This document shows, piece by piece, positions 42,987-54,329 of a DNA stretch of 64,000 nt. This stretch comes from an uncultured Planctomycetota bacterium (GTDB taxonomy: Bacteria > Planctomycetota > Planctomycetia > Pirellulales > Lacipirellulaceae). The stretch covers positions 896,001-960,000 of the forward strand of contig CAVRBU010000002.1 in assembly GCA_963719315.1 (NCBI GenBank), given 5' to 3'. The position numbers were made by a program, and so were the translations under genes. Position 1 is the first letter of the stretch. Each line of letters opens with the position of its first letter. Below the pieces are notes generated by a model. It worked only from the letters and a program-made list of their open reading frames with translations, was not told the origin of the DNA and did no database searches.

Positions 42987-44967
42987 CTATTTACCTGAGC
43001 CGCGAGTTATCGGCCGCGGCGCCACTAGCGCTTCTAGCTGCGGGATGTCGAATTCTTGAAGCAGGCCAAAGCACGCGATTTCGGGCGCATTCTTGAGTTG
43101 CAAGTCTTGGTTGATAAACTCCTTGAGGCTGGTCCACGAATCGTGGATTACGACTTCCGCGATCGTCTGGGGCTCAACCGCCGCCGTCACAAGCGCGACC
43201 GCGCTTGCGCGGCCCCACGGCGATCAGCTTGAGCGACAAATTCGGGTGACGCCGCTCCATCCAGTTCGCCATGGCCGCGATCTGAGCGGCCTGGATTCCG
43301 AGTGGGCGCTCACCTACGGTCGCGATCATTTGCAACTCCGTCGCGTCGACTCCTTGATACGCTTCGCCAAACGCCAGCGGATCGACCGCTAAGACGCACT
43401 CGTTGGAAGCGAGACGTTCCTTCACGGCTGACTGTAGCGCAGTGCGGCCGCCGTCGCCGAACAGAATTGTGATGCCACGCGCTTTGGCTGGCGCGAATTC
43501 AACGGCCGGCGTCGTCCAAGAGTCGTCGAGCGAGACTTTCCACCGTGTAGCGCTAAACTGCTCGCTCTTCGTTTCTTCAACGGCCAGCGCGCGAGCTTCG
43601 TAATGGGGTAAGTGTACGATTTCCCGCAGCCGCTGGCGGGCAGACGTTTGCCACACTGCGGAGTCCTCCTTTTTCGTTGGAATATCCATGCCGCGCGGGA
43701 GCGAGTCGCTGAGTTGAAGGGCTAGGCTGTGGAGCGTTGCATTATTTGGAGGCAGGGGGACTAGAAGCTGGTCGCTGGTCTTGAGCTCTGTTTCGTCAAT
43801 AGGAATGTCGCTCGCATTCCATTCGTTGTTGCCGGAGTAGAAAAAATCCCGTACAAGCCGATAGAGCGCCTCCCGATTGTCGCGCTGAAAATTATGGGTA
43901 CCAGGCTCGCGGTTGATGTGTGTCCGAAAGTGATTGTCGGCTCCCTGCAACGCATAGATCGGCCGGGCCGCGTTCTCGAGTAGCGGGAGAGTGCTATCGG
44001 GCAGGAAGCAACAATTGTCCTGTGCGTTATACGTTAGAAGCAACGGGCGCGGCGCAACGAGCGCGGTCAAATGCGTGTAATCGGCGACCGTGCACAGGTC
44101 GGTCGGAAATTGTTCGCAGTCTCCCACGTCGCGCGAAAACTGCGTTCTGTTAAGCATGCTTGTGTAACCGGCCACGGGATTGGCAAGCGTGATTCGTTCG
44201 TCCAACGACGCGAGCACGATCGTTTGCCAGCCCCCGCCGGAGAGACCCGCAATCCCGACACGCGTGGCATACGCATGGGGGTGGGCCAGAGCAGCGTCTA
44301 GCCCCCGCGTCAATGCCAGCACAAACGGGGCCACGCCGCTCGTCCCACACAGGTCGAGCTGCACGAGCGCGTTATGGCGGTTTCCTCGATCCCGTAGCTG
44401 GTTCATGTAGAGGAACTCGAAGCTGAAGGCCAACATGCCTCGTTTCGCGAGGTTGATGCACCGTCGCTGCTTCTCCGGCGTCGCTTTGCCCAGTTCGTCG
44501 TGCCCATTCAAGTTGATGAACACGGGCGCCTTATCGCCAAGTCGCGTCGGCTCATAGAGCAGCGCGGGAAACCACATGCCGGGCAAAGCTTCGTACCGAA
44601 ATTTGCGAATTACGTAATCGGAATCGCCCGGGATCGTATCCAGCCACTCGACGTGTGACTTCGAGTCGCGCCAATTGGCCGCCTCACCTCGGAAATAAAC
44701 CTTCTCCATGAGGTCGCGGCGAATGTCTTTGGCTTGCGATTGCCAATTGGATTTCGAATGAGGTGGTACAAACGGCGGGATTCGAGCCGCCACATACGCC
44801 CGTAATTCGCGCAGCGGCAAGCCGGAATCAAGAATCGGCTTCGTAATTGCAGGCGAAACGACCTCGCGGCCATCTGCGTCGTCGGTCGTTTCCTTGGCAT
44901 AAGCCAGATTGACGAAGCCGCACGAAGCCAACAGGAAGACGCTTACCACGAGTTTGTGCGGCCACAT
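42987..44967 (-). CDS. Secreted alpha/beta-hydrolase (carbohydrate esterase-like); frameshift near 43210
   Basis: LNGH, GIAGLSGGGWQT nucleophile elbow, LVAPRPLLL, PGTHNF. Confidence 0.8.
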
Positions 44968-45212
44968 CACGGCATTACCTCCACCGGCACTTGCTGCAAC
45001 CTCGAGTATCGCTGCGGCTAGATGCGTGAGCGGAACGCCGGCGATTTTCGGTAGCGGAATTGAATGTGGCGATGGATCGGAATACGCTACGGATTGATAC
45101 CATCGCTCGATCTTCCAGTATAATGGTTGGCAGCGTAGAAATCGGGGGCGCGGTTTGATACGGTCCAATATTAACGCGATGTTTCACCCACCCTGCCAAA
45201 TTGTTGGTCCTT

Positions 45213-46685
45213 ATGAACATCCAATGTAGCACGCTTTCGGTAGTTCGAGTCTTGTCGCACTCTGGTTGGCGATATTGGATCGGCTTATTTGCGGTTAGTG
45301 CGTTGATCTCGTCGGCAAACGCCGCCCCGGCAAGCCAGCCGAATGTGATCTTCGTTGTCGTCGACGATTTGAACAATCACGTTGGCTGTTACGGCTACGA
45401 TGTAAAAACGCCGTCGATCGACGAGCTCGCGCGACGCGGAATGCGCTTCAATCGGGCCTATTGTCAGAACCCAGTCTGCAATCCGTCGCGTGTTTCATTT
45501 CTTAGCGGGTTGCAGTGCGACCGAACGGGAGTATACACGCTCGTAACGCCGACCCGCGAGTATCTTGGCGACTGGCTCATGCTGCCGGAGTATTTCCGCA
45601 AGAACGGCTATTTCACGGTGATGGTAGGCAAGATCTATCATACGGATGAAGGTCATGAGGATCCGCGCTCGTGGGACGTGGAAATCCGCGAGTTTGGCAA
45701 ACGCCCCCCGGCGGATCAGGTCGTGAAGCGCGGCGATCCCGATGGTCCGGGCGGGCATTCGATCGACTGGGAGTGGCTCAAAACACCCGACGAAAAAACG
45801 CCGGACGGAACGGTTGCTCGCACGGCGGTAAAGTACATCCAGCAGGCCGGTAACGGCAAGAAGCCGTTCTTTCTCGGCGTCGGCTTCCGAAGGCCCCATC
45901 CTCCCTACGCAGCACCGCAAAAGTATTTCGAAATGTATCCGCCGGATTCAGTGAAGTTGGCCGATCCACCTCCCTCCGGCTACTTCCAGACGATTCTGCC
46001 AGCGGCCATGAATTACACCCCGCCCAAGAAGCCAATGACGGAAAAGGAACAGCGCGAGGTCATTGCGGCGTACTACGCTTCGACGACATTCGTAGACGCT
46101 CAGATCGGCATACTTTGGCAGGCACTCGATCGGCTGAATTTGTGGGACAATACGATCGTTGTGTTGATCGGCGATCATGGATATCACTTGGGCGAGCACG
46201 GCGGTCTGTGGCACAAAATGTCGCTGTTCGAGGAGTCGACTCGCGCGCCGCTGATCATTTACGCTCCCGGGATGAAAGCGGCAGGAAAAAGTTGTGATCG
46301 GCTCGTCGAGTTTATCGACATCTATCCGACATTGGTGTCGTTGTGCGGCTTGCCCCACCGCGAGGGACTCGACGGAATCGACTTGAGCCCGCTATTAGAC
46401 GATCCATCCCGGCCGAGCAAAGATGCCGCCTACACCGTGGTCTCGCGGAGTACCGATCCGTCGGCCGACCATGAGAAGCGCGCCGACTATTTGGGCCGCT
46501 CGGTCCGTACCGACCGTTGGCGGTACACGGAATGGGACGGCGGCAAGCGCGGCAGCGAGCTGTACGATCACGAAAATGATCCCCATGAATGGAAGAACCT
46601 GGCCGCCGATACGAAGTACGGCAAGACGGTGCAACGGCTTCACAACCTGCTCGCCGCCCACGCCAAGGACAAGCCGACCAACTAG
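45213..46685 (+). CDS. Sulfatase, iduronate-2-sulfatase-like
   Basis: [47 protein letters not shown]. Confidence 0.92.
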   Translation: MNIQCSTLSVVRVLSHSGWRYWIGLFAVSALISSANAAPASQPNVIFVVVDDLNNHVGCYGYDVKTPSIDELARRGMRFNRAYCQNPVCNPSRVSFLSGLQCDRTGVYTLVTPTREYLGDWLMLPEYFRKNGYFTVMVGKIYHTDEGHEDPRSWDVEIREFGKRPPADQVVKRGDPDGPGGHSIDWEWLKTPDEKTPDGTVARTAVKYIQQAGNGKKPFFLGVGFRRPHPPYAAPQKYFEMYPPDSVKLADPPPSGYFQTILPAAMNYTPPKKPMTEKEQREVIAAYYASTTFVDAQIGILWQALDRLNLWDNTIVVLIGDHGYHLGEHGGLWHKMSLFEESTRAPLIIYAPGMKAAGKSCDRLVEFIDIYPTLVSLCGLPHREGLDGIDLSPLLDDPSRPSKDAAYTVVSRSTDPSADHEKRADYLGRSVRTDRWRYTEWDGGKRGSELYDHENDPHEWKNLAADTKYGKTVQRLHNLLAAHAKDKPTN

Positions 46686-46707
46686 TTTGAATGAAACAGG
46701 TGTATCG

Positions 46708-48440
46708 ATGCGCTTCCGATGGCTCGTTTGTTCGCTGATGGTTTGGGCAATGTGCCTGTTGTCGAGTACGGTCGCGCAGAAGCATGACCCGAATAACTTC
46801 GGCCAGTTCGCGCCGCCGGACGCATTCGAGAACGGCTCGAAATACGCGTACTACGGCAGCGAAAACGATTTAGGACCTCGGCAATTCACTGCCGAAACGG
46901 CCGAGGAACATTACAAGCGGCTGGGGCAACGTCATATCTACTTGATCATGCAAGGCCATGCCGACGAGGCCGTCGAGTCGTGCCGAGCACACATCGCCAA
47001 GGATCCGCACGATCTGGAATCGCTCTTCACGCTCGTCATCGCTCAGTGCCAGCTAGGGGATATCGATGGCGCGCTAGAAACGGCGAAGCGGGCTGTCGCT
47101 GCCGGCTTACCCTTCGAGCGGTTTCTGGCTGGGCCGCGCGATTTGCTCGCTCCGCTGGTCTCGTCGCGCGGCTTTCAGGCTTACCTGGCGAAACATCCGG
47201 TACAACTAGTTCACGGCCCGATGCTCGGCGCGATGACCGACAATAGCGTTCGGTTTTGGGTGCGCACCGCTGACGAAAGCAAAGTCACCGTGCGTATCTT
47301 CGAGAAACAGGCTGGCGGAAAGCCAGTGGCTTCGTCCTCTTCCAATTCTTCAAAGAAGATGGATTACACCGCCATCGTTTCTATCACCGGCCTGAAGGCC
47401 AACACCGAATATTATTATGATGTCGAGATTGGTGACGAGCCCGTCGAGAAGGCAAATCGATATGCCTTCCGCACATTTCCACCGGCGGGCGCACGGCCAA
47501 GTTTCGCATCGCCCATGGAGGCTGCGCCGGTTACTATCCGCAAAACGAACGAATGTGGGACACGATCGCATCGTTCCACCCGCTGGCGATGCTGTTGATG
47601 GGTGACAACGTGTACATCGATCTGCCCCAAGAGGCGGGACCACTGCACCGCTACTCGATGTACCAGCGCCAATCGCGGCCCGAATTCCGCCGGCTGGTCT
47701 CCACCACGCCGATCTTTGCGATTTGGGACGATCACGACGTAGCTTTTGACGACATGTGGCTCGGGCCCTACCGCGACAAGCCGAGTTGGAAGCCCTCGAT
47801 GTTTACTCTATTTAAGGAGAATTGGAACAACCCGTCCTACGGAGACCGCGAGTGGCCAGGTTGCTGGTTCAAGTTCTCGATTGCCGACGTCGATTTCTTC
47901 ATGCTCGATTGCCGCTATTACCGCACCAATCCTTTCGCCGAGGAGCGCACGATGCTGGGACCGGTGCAGAAGGCGTGGCTGCTCGGCGAATTGAAGAAGT
48001 CGCATGCCGTTTTCAAGATCATTGCGTCCAGCGTCGCTTGGGCGTCCGGCGCCAAGCCCGGTAGCCGAGATACATGGGATGGATTTCCGGCCGAGCGCGA
48101 GGAAATCTTTTCCTGGATCGAAAAGAACGCGATCGACGGCGTCGTGCTCCTCTCCGCCGACCGGCATCGAAGCGACGCCTGGAAGATACCCCGTCCAAAC
48201 GGCTATCCGCTGTACGACCTACTGAGCTCCCGCTTGACCAATACCGAAATACACGAACTCATGCCAGGGGCGCTCTTCGGCTACAACGCCAAGTGCTCGT
48301 TTGGACTTCTGGCGTTCGACACCGTGCGCGCCGACCCGCAGGTAACCTTCGATGTAGTAAACATCGACGGCGAGACCGTCCATTCGCTGACGATTCATAA
48401 AAACGAGTTGATATCAAAGGCGAGGGCTGGGGCGCACTAA
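46708..48440 (+). CDS. PhoD-type alkaline phosphatase/phosphodiesterase with TPR-like N-terminus; frameshift near 47490
   Basis: HGPMLG..T....FWVRT; MGDNVYID, WDDHD, LDCRYYR, LGPVQKAWL, LSADRH. Confidence 0.85.
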
Positions 48441-49744
48441 ACGCCGGCCGGGATGCCCCAATGTCCGCCTTCGCGATATTTGCGGGTGAGCATCGCGTTG
48501 GCTTCCTCATCGCCGACGATTTGTTCGGTTGCTGGATCGAAGTGAAGCGTGCGTTGCAGCCGCGTCGCGATGTTTGCCAGGTGGCAGGCAATCGCCGTGC
48601 GCACCGCGATGTCCACATTCGCATTGGGCACGCCGCCCGATTTGATGCAGTCGAGCCAATTCTGGTGGTTTTCCGACACTTTGCTTTCGGGCACACCGTC
48701 GAGTTTCACTTCCAGTAGCTTATTTCGCTCGCCACGGACCTCGAATTTGCCCCGCTTGCTGATGAACATTTTGCCCTTTGTTCCGAAATACTCGGCACCG
48801 CTATCGACGTTGAACGGGTAGGTCGTCGACCACAGACGCATCTCGAAAACAAACAACCTGCGATTGCCGACGCCATCGCCGAATTCAAAGGAGACTTGCT
48901 GCGTGTCGGGGAACTGTTGATCGTCGTCGAAGAAATACTTGCCGCCAGCGGCCGAGATCAGCGACGGATGCGTATCGACGCCCAATCCCCACAACGCGTA
49001 GTCGAACTCATGGATGCCGTCGTTGCCCAAGTCTCCGCAACCGAAGTTGTACCACCAGTGCCAATCGTAGTGGAACCGGTTTGCCTGGAACGGCAACCAC
49101 TCCGCCGGCCCGACCCACATGTCGTAGTTCACGCCGGAGGGTGGCGCGCTCGGCTTCAGATGGCCGATGTTCTTTCGCAACTGCCAATTCCAACATTTGG
49201 ATTGAAGCACGTCGCCGATCACGCCGTCGCGCAACATCGCCATGGCTTGCCGGATCGACGGGCTAGAGCGGGCCTGAGTGCCGTGCGCGACGACCTTGCC
49301 GCTCTTTCGCGCCGCCTCGCGCAGCAGTTGGCCCTCGCGAATGTTTTGGCAGCAGGGCTTCTCAACGTACACGTTCTTGCCGGCGTTCAAGGCCATGATA
49401 GCGATTGGAGTATGCCAATGGTCGGGCGTGGCTATGGTCACGCCGTCGATGGATGGATCATCGAGGATCCGGCGGAAGTCCCCCTCCGGTTTGGCGCCGC
49501 CCGACAATTTCACGCCCGCCGCCAGACGTGCTTCATCGATATCGGATACGTACACGATCTCTGCGTCCTTGAGCGTCGTGAGCGACTTTAGATGGGCTGT
49601 ACCCTGATTGCCGCAGCCGATCACGCCAAGGCGTACTCGCTCCGTTGTGCCGGCCGCGCGGCTTCGCCGCGGAGTTAGCAGAGTTGCGGCCGTAAGACCT
49701 AACGTGGTGTTCTTCAAGAACCGGCGACGTGTGGAATGTGCCAT
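48437..49744 (-). CDS. Tat-exported Gfo/Idh/MocA oxidoreductase, paralog of 25311-26597
   Basis: TRRRFLK; IGCGNQG; ATPDHWH; VEKP; NRFHYDWHWWY shared with paralog. Confidence 0.92.
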   Translation of the reverse strand: MAHSTRRRFLKNTTLGLTAATLLTPRRSRAAGTTERVRLGVIGCGNQGTAHLKSLTTLKDAEIVYVSDIDEARLAAGVKLSGGAKPEGDFRRILDDPSIDGVTIATPDHWHTPIAIMALNAGKNVYVEKPCCQNIREGQLLREAARKSGKVVAHGTQARSSPSIRQAMAMLRDGVIGDVLQSKCWNWQLRKNIGHLKPSAPPSGVNYDMWVGPAEWLPFQANRFHYDWHWWYNFGCGDLGNDGIHEFDYALWGLGVDTHPSLISAAGGKYFFDDDQQFPDTQQVSFEFGDGVGNRRLFVFEMRLWSTTYPFNVDSGAEYFGTKGKMFISKRGKFEVRGERNKLLEVKLDGVPESKVSENHQNWLDCIKSGGVPNANVDIAVRTAIACHLANIATRLQRTLHFDPATEQIVGDEEANAMLTRKYREGGHWGIPAGV

Positions 49745-49958
49745 GGAATAATTCTCCGCGAGCGTAAATTCAGCACTACGAACTGATCCTATCCTTTGTA
49801 CCTAAAAACCGCCGAATTTCAAAAGCATCCGCCCCCTTTTTTTGAGGCAACTGCTGTGGCGGGCGGCGCAAGCAAGAAAAGGTCGCGGTTATTCCACGCT
49901 TCCCGGATCATCGGCAAGAGCCGACGCGTACCGGTTGGGCCACCGCCCTTTGCATGGT

Positions 49959-50186
49959 GAGTTGGCCGACAAACCGTCGTCCGTGCGAGGCTTGGAAACA
50001 GCAGGGCCATGGCGGCCAGGCATTATCTTCAAGCGACGGGCGAGCATTTCCAAAACGCGCTCGAAAATACGGCGCACAACACGGCGCAGTCAGGGCTTGG
50101 CCATGACGACGATGCTCAGGAGCGACCGGCACCCCCTGAAGAGCCATCTACTGACAATTGTCGCCAATACTATACAAGTGTACAAA
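49959..50186 (+). pseudogene. Remnant of a tyrosine integrase C-terminus
   Basis: ELADK then VVRARLGNSRAMAARHYLQATGEHFQNA...TAHNTAQ, matching box II (LG[HN]S...HY) of planctomycete integrases; no upstream ORF; abuts tRNA 3' end. Confidence 0.7.
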
Positions 50187-50260
50187 TAGCGGAGGAGGGA
50201 CTCGAACCCCCGACACGCGGATTATGATTCCGCTGCTCTAACCAACTGAGCTACTCCGCC
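50187..50260 (-). tRNA. tRNA-Met (CAT), probably elongator; CCA not encoded
   Basis: GGCGGAGTAGCTCAGTTGGTTAGAGCAGCGGAATCATAATCCGCGTGTCGGGGGTTCGAGTCCCTCCTCCGCTA folds as a cloverleaf; no C1:A72 mismatch or GGG/CCC anticodon stem of initiator tRNA. Confidence 0.95.
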
Positions 50261-50655
50261 GCCGTCGTGGCCGCGGGGCGGCCGACGAGCTTTTGATTAT
50301 CGGAATCGAGGCGTGGCGCGTAAAGGGGCCGTGTAGACTGCACGCTCCGCGAGCAGGATTCCTCGCGCGGAGAGAGAAGACTTCGACGGGCGATTTTTGC
50401 ATTACACAGGAAACTGTGGTTTTGGCTATAGGTGTGTGTGGAACGCGGCGTTCTTTGATTATTGGAATGACCGCGCCGTACCGTTTGGAGTCTCGCATAC
50501 ACTTACCCCCATAGCGAGCATATTGTTGGCGAAATCGCGGGCGGTGAAGTGTCGAACGTACTGTGGCTTATTCCATCGCCATGCTGGCTACTGGGCACAC
50601 GTTAGGGCATTGCCAGGTGAGTGGCTGGTCAAGGGATTGTCAGGCACAGCCTGAA

Positions 50656-51327
50656 CTACTTAAGCAGCGCTCTGAATTCTTTGTTGAATTTCTCGACCTT
50701 CGGGCGAATCACGAATTGGCAGTAGCCCTGCGAGGGATTCGAGTTGAAGTAGTTTTGGTGGTACTTCTCGGCCGGATAGAAGTTATTGATCGGGGTGATT
50801 TCCGTGACGATCGGTTTGGCGAATGTTTTCGAGGCGTCCAGTTGTCGCTTGTATTGCTCCGCGATGCGGCGTTGTTCTTCGGTGTGGTAGAAGACGGCGG
50901 AGCGGTATTGCGTGCCAATGTCGTTGCCTTGTTGGTTGGGCGTGGTCGGGTCGTGAGTTTGCCAGAAGACTTTCAATAGCTCGTCGAACGAGATCACGGC
51001 AGGGTCGTAGGTCACCTGGATCACCTCCGCATGGCCGGTCGTGCCGGAGCAAACATCTTCATATGTCGGGTTCTCGACGTTGCCATTGCTGTAGCCGGAG
51101 ACGACACTCTTCACGCCGCGGAGTTGTTGGAACACGGCCTCGGTACACCAGAAGCAGCCCGAGCCGAACGTGGCTTTTTCGAGTTTGTCGGAGCCGGCTG
51201 CAGAAGTGGTGGCTTGAGAAGAATCGGCGGTCATCGTGGTCGACTCCAAACTGGGTGCAGTGGCGGGCTGGCAGCCGATGGCTAGCACAACGAACGCAAC
51301 GGCGGCAATTTCAGGTGAGTGGAACAT
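50656..51327 (-). CDS. msrA: Peptide methionine sulfoxide reductase A with lipoprotein signal; start uncertain
   Basis: FGSGCFWCTE, PTYEDVCSGTTGHAE, HDPT, QYRS, AEKYHQNY, GYC; LAIGC lipobox. Confidence 0.95.
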   Translation of the reverse strand: MFHSPEIAAVAFVVLAIGCQPATAPSLESTTMTADSSQATTSAAGSDKLEKATFGSGCFWCTEAVFQQLRGVKSVVSGYSNGNVENPTYEDVCSGTTGHAEVIQVTYDPAVISFDELLKVFWQTHDPTTPNQQGNDIGTQYRSAVFYHTEEQRRIAEQYKRQLDASKTFAKPIVTEITPINNFYPAEKYHQNYFNSNPSQGYCQFVIRPKVEKFNKEFRALLK

Positions 51328-51447
51328 GTTTTTTGCCAGCGGTGATGGCATGGCCAGGGAGGCGGCAAAGCTTTGTGGACCCGTAAATTCGTTATAGCCG
51401 ATACGGAGGAAGAGACACAACGTTTTCACGTGGCTGGGGGGTGAAGG

Positions 51448-52821
51448 ATGTTCAAGTTGGCGGCAATATCCGCGATCGTCGCCGCGACTGCGATGATAGC
51501 AGGCCCGGCGAGCGGCCAAAACTTTTCGCTGACGATTCCCAATCTGGGAAACGCGGCGAAGAGCGACGCCGAGCCGCGGGTGGCGCTCGCGCCGGAGCCG
51601 GTTCCACTGCCGCCCATCGCCAAGCCGGAAAGCGATGACGAGCTAACGCTGGCCGAAGCCGAGTCGATGGCGACGGCGTTTCATCCGGCACTTCGCGAAG
51701 CGGAAGCACTGGTGCGTGCGGCCCACGGCAATTGGGTCCAGGTGGGTCTGAAACCAAATCCGGCGATCGGTTATTCGGGCGATGAAATCGGCGACAGCGG
51801 CACGGCCGGCAAGCAAGGCGGGTTTGTCAGCCAGGAATTCGTGACGGGCGGCAAGCTCGACCTCAACCGGGCCGTCGCGCTCCGCGAGCAGGCGGCGGCG
51901 GAGCAGCGATTTCAGCAAATGCGGCTGCAAATCGTAACCACCGTGCGGAAGAATTATTTTGAAACACTGGCGGCCGAGCGGGCCGTGTCGCTCACGCATC
52001 AACTCAGCGAGATCGCGACGCAATCGGTGACGGCATCGCAACGGCGGTTGGAACGGCAGGACGTGCCGAAGACTTCGCTCCTGCAAAGTCAGATTGAAAG
52101 CGAATCGGCAAACCTGGTCGAGCAGCAGGCCACCGAGCGGTACTCGGCGGCGCGGCGACGATTGGCCGCCGTGCTCGGCACACCGGACGATGAGCCGGCG
52201 AAATTGGAAGATGTGTTCGCACGCCCGCTGCCGGAGTTGGATTTTATCACGATTCGCGAGCGGATTCTCTCGGAGAGCCCCGAGCTAGCGGAACTGCGGT
52301 TCGCGGTCGATCGAGCACGCTGGGCGGTCGAGCGGGCATCTGCCGGCCGGGTGCCGAACATAAATGTGCAAGCGGGCGTGCAACTCGACAACACGACGCA
52401 AGATACGATCGCCAACGTGCAACTGAGTATGCCGATCCCTTTGTTTGACCGCAATCAAGGCGCGATCGCACAAGCGTGTGGAGAATTGGCAGCAGCACAG
52501 GCAGCATTGGAGGCCCGTCAATTGGCGATCCAACAGCGACTCATGCTCTCCCTTCGCGATTACAAGACGGCCCGCGAGCGAGTAGCCAAATACAAGGAGA
52601 AGATTCTGCCGGCGGCGCAGGAAACATTGGAACTCATCAACCAGGGCTACCAACAGGGTGAACTCGATTACACGCAAATGTTTAGCGTGCAGCAGACGTA
52701 CGCGGCAAAAAACCTGTCCTATTTGCAAGATTTGGAAACAGCCTGGCGGCAATGGGCTGAAATAGACGGGTTTTTGGTGGGCGAGGTCTCGCCAGAATTG
52801 AAAATCGATAATCCGAACTAG
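51448..52821 (+). CDS. TolC/CzcC-like outer membrane efflux protein
   Basis: Signal peptide; GLKPNP, VSQEFVTGGKL, PIPLFDRNQG, YQQGE. Confidence 0.88.
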   Translation: MFKLAAISAIVAATAMIAGPASGQNFSLTIPNLGNAAKSDAEPRVALAPEPVPLPPIAKPESDDELTLAEAESMATAFHPALREAEALVRAAHGNWVQVGLKPNPAIGYSGDEIGDSGTAGKQGGFVSQEFVTGGKLDLNRAVALREQAAAEQRFQQMRLQIVTTVRKNYFETLAAERAVSLTHQLSEIATQSVTASQRRLERQDVPKTSLLQSQIESESANLVEQQATERYSAARRRLAAVLGTPDDEPAKLEDVFARPLPELDFITIRERILSESPELAELRFAVDRARWAVERASAGRVPNINVQAGVQLDNTTQDTIANVQLSMPIPLFDRNQGAIAQACGELAAAQAALEARQLAIQQRLMLSLRDYKTARERVAKYKEKILPAAQETLELINQGYQQGELDYTQMFSVQQTYAAKNLSYLQDLETAWRQWAEIDGFLVGEVSPELKIDNPN

Positions 52822-52904
52822 CGAATCGCGGCGGATTTGCCTTCTCGTTTCAGCGTTGCAGCCTACAATCCAGTTTCTGCCAGCGCCTCCGAAGGACGAT
52901 CCGT

Positions 52905-53516
52905 ATGCCTGAACCACGGGGGACGGCCCTCGCGCTCTCTTACTTCACCGTCGGATATAACGTCCTCGAAGGCGTGGTGTCCGTTATTTTTGCGCTGCTA
53001 TCCGGCAGTTCCGCTCTGTTGGGATTCGGCATCGATAGCTTTGTGGAATCGTTGTCGGGCAGCGTCATGATCTGGCGATTTTCGCCGACGAGTCGACTGT
53101 CGTCCGCCGATCACGAACAGCGAGAACGAGTCGCGATCCGCCTCGTGGGCGTGTCGCTTGCAATCCTTGGTGGATACGTGATGTACGAATCGGCTACGAA
53201 GCTCTACTTTCGAGAGAGCCCGGATCGGAGCCCTGCCGGACTGATTATTGCGATCGTTTCGCTTGTGGCGATGCCAGTCCTCTACGTATTAAAACGGCGC
53301 ACCGCATCGGAGATTGCAAGCCGCAGCCTTGCCGCAGACGCAAAACAAACTCTCAGTTGCATCATGCTTTCGATAGCATTGCTGATTGGGAGCGGACTAC
53401 ACTACGGGCTGGGCCTGTGGCAGGCCGACCCGGTCGCCGGATTGGTGATTGCGGCCTATTTACTTCGCGAAGGGTATGTGGCTTGGAAGGACCAGGAGCT
53501 TTGTTGCACCGAGTAG
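52905..53516 (+). CDS. CDF-like cation transporter (transmembrane domain only)
   Basis: YNVLEG, GFGIDSFVE, SRSLAADA, ADPVAGL; C-terminus ELCCTE. Confidence 0.85.
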   Translation: MPEPRGTALALSYFTVGYNVLEGVVSVIFALLSGSSALLGFGIDSFVESLSGSVMIWRFSPTSRLSSADHEQRERVAIRLVGVSLAILGGYVMYESATKLYFRESPDRSPAGLIIAIVSLVAMPVLYVLKRRTASEIASRSLAADAKQTLSCIMLSIALLIGSGLHYGLGLWQADPVAGLVIAAYLLREGYVAWKDQELCCTE

Positions 53517-53704
53517 TGCTCTCACGCGGATTACGCTCCTTGCCGCCGCCAACTCGGCCGCTCAACGGCGGCTAACTGACGCCGCTGGCAGCAGGTTTTA
53601 TGGCCACTCCCAAAGCCGGATTTGCCGATTTTGCCGAAAGTTCAATTGACCCGATGACCGATTAACACAATGATATCTGATAGTTCCCATTGACCGACCT
53701 TAGT

Positions 53705-54117
53705 ATGCGCCTGTTTTTTCCAACCTGGTGGCTGCTTCGCTGTTCATCCACGCGATGTTCGGTTGCTGCTGGCATCACGCGCACAATGAGTTGTGCTGCG
53801 AGCCGTCGGCGTCCGAGCAGACGGCGGATGCCGGATGCTGCCATCATCACCCTAGCGGGAGCGATCAGCAGCACGGCCAGCCGACGAAGGCCCCGTGCAA
53901 CAATCCTTCGCACTGCCGAGGTCTGTGCACCTATTTGTCGGTGCCGAAGACGCAACTCGATAGGGTCGAGCTGCACGTGCCGATGGATTTCGCGGCAATC
54001 GTTCCGGCAACCGGCGAAGCGCATCGCGCCGCCCTGCACTACCCGGAGCGAACGCACGAATCTGCCGCTGGGCCGCCGATGCGGCTCCATCTGTTTCATC
54101 AAATCTTGCTGATTTGA
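53705..54117 (+). CDS. Cys/His-rich hypothetical protein preceding the czcB-like gene; probable missing T in the run near 53714-53719
   Basis: One extra T gives MRLFFSNLVAASLFIHAMFGCCWHHAH...CCHHH...C-terminus GPPMRLHLFHQILLI. Confidence 0.7.
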
Positions 54118-54238
54118 TTCTGCACGATTCACTCCGCTTTGCGGTTGATGCTGCGCGGTGCGTGGCGACTGCAGCGGTTGTCGTCGATGAGCGGTTGCGC
54201 ACGCGCCAATTCAAGGAATCAATTATTTGTATTCGGTG

Positions 54239-54304
54239 GGAACTCTAATGATCCCTAATCTCCACTAATCCGAATTAGTGCCGATTAGCGCAGATCAGTG
54301 TTCC
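54239..54304. repeat. 3+3 inverted array with 10 bp period
   Basis: CTAAT at 54245, 54255, 54265; ATTAG, ATTAG, ATCAG at 54274, 54284, 54294; flanked by GGAAC/GTTCC. Confidence 0.75.
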
Positions 54305-54329
54305 AAAAAACTCTTGAGGGAGTTGTGCC

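Noticed and set aside
50187..50260. Initiator tRNA-fMet or tRNA-Ile2
   Set aside because: Lacks initiator hallmarks; elongator Met is the best fit, although Ile2 cannot be fully excluded without an isotype model.
54239..54304. CRISPR array
   Set aside because: Units are 10 bp and inverted, with no unique spacers and no cas genes in the window.
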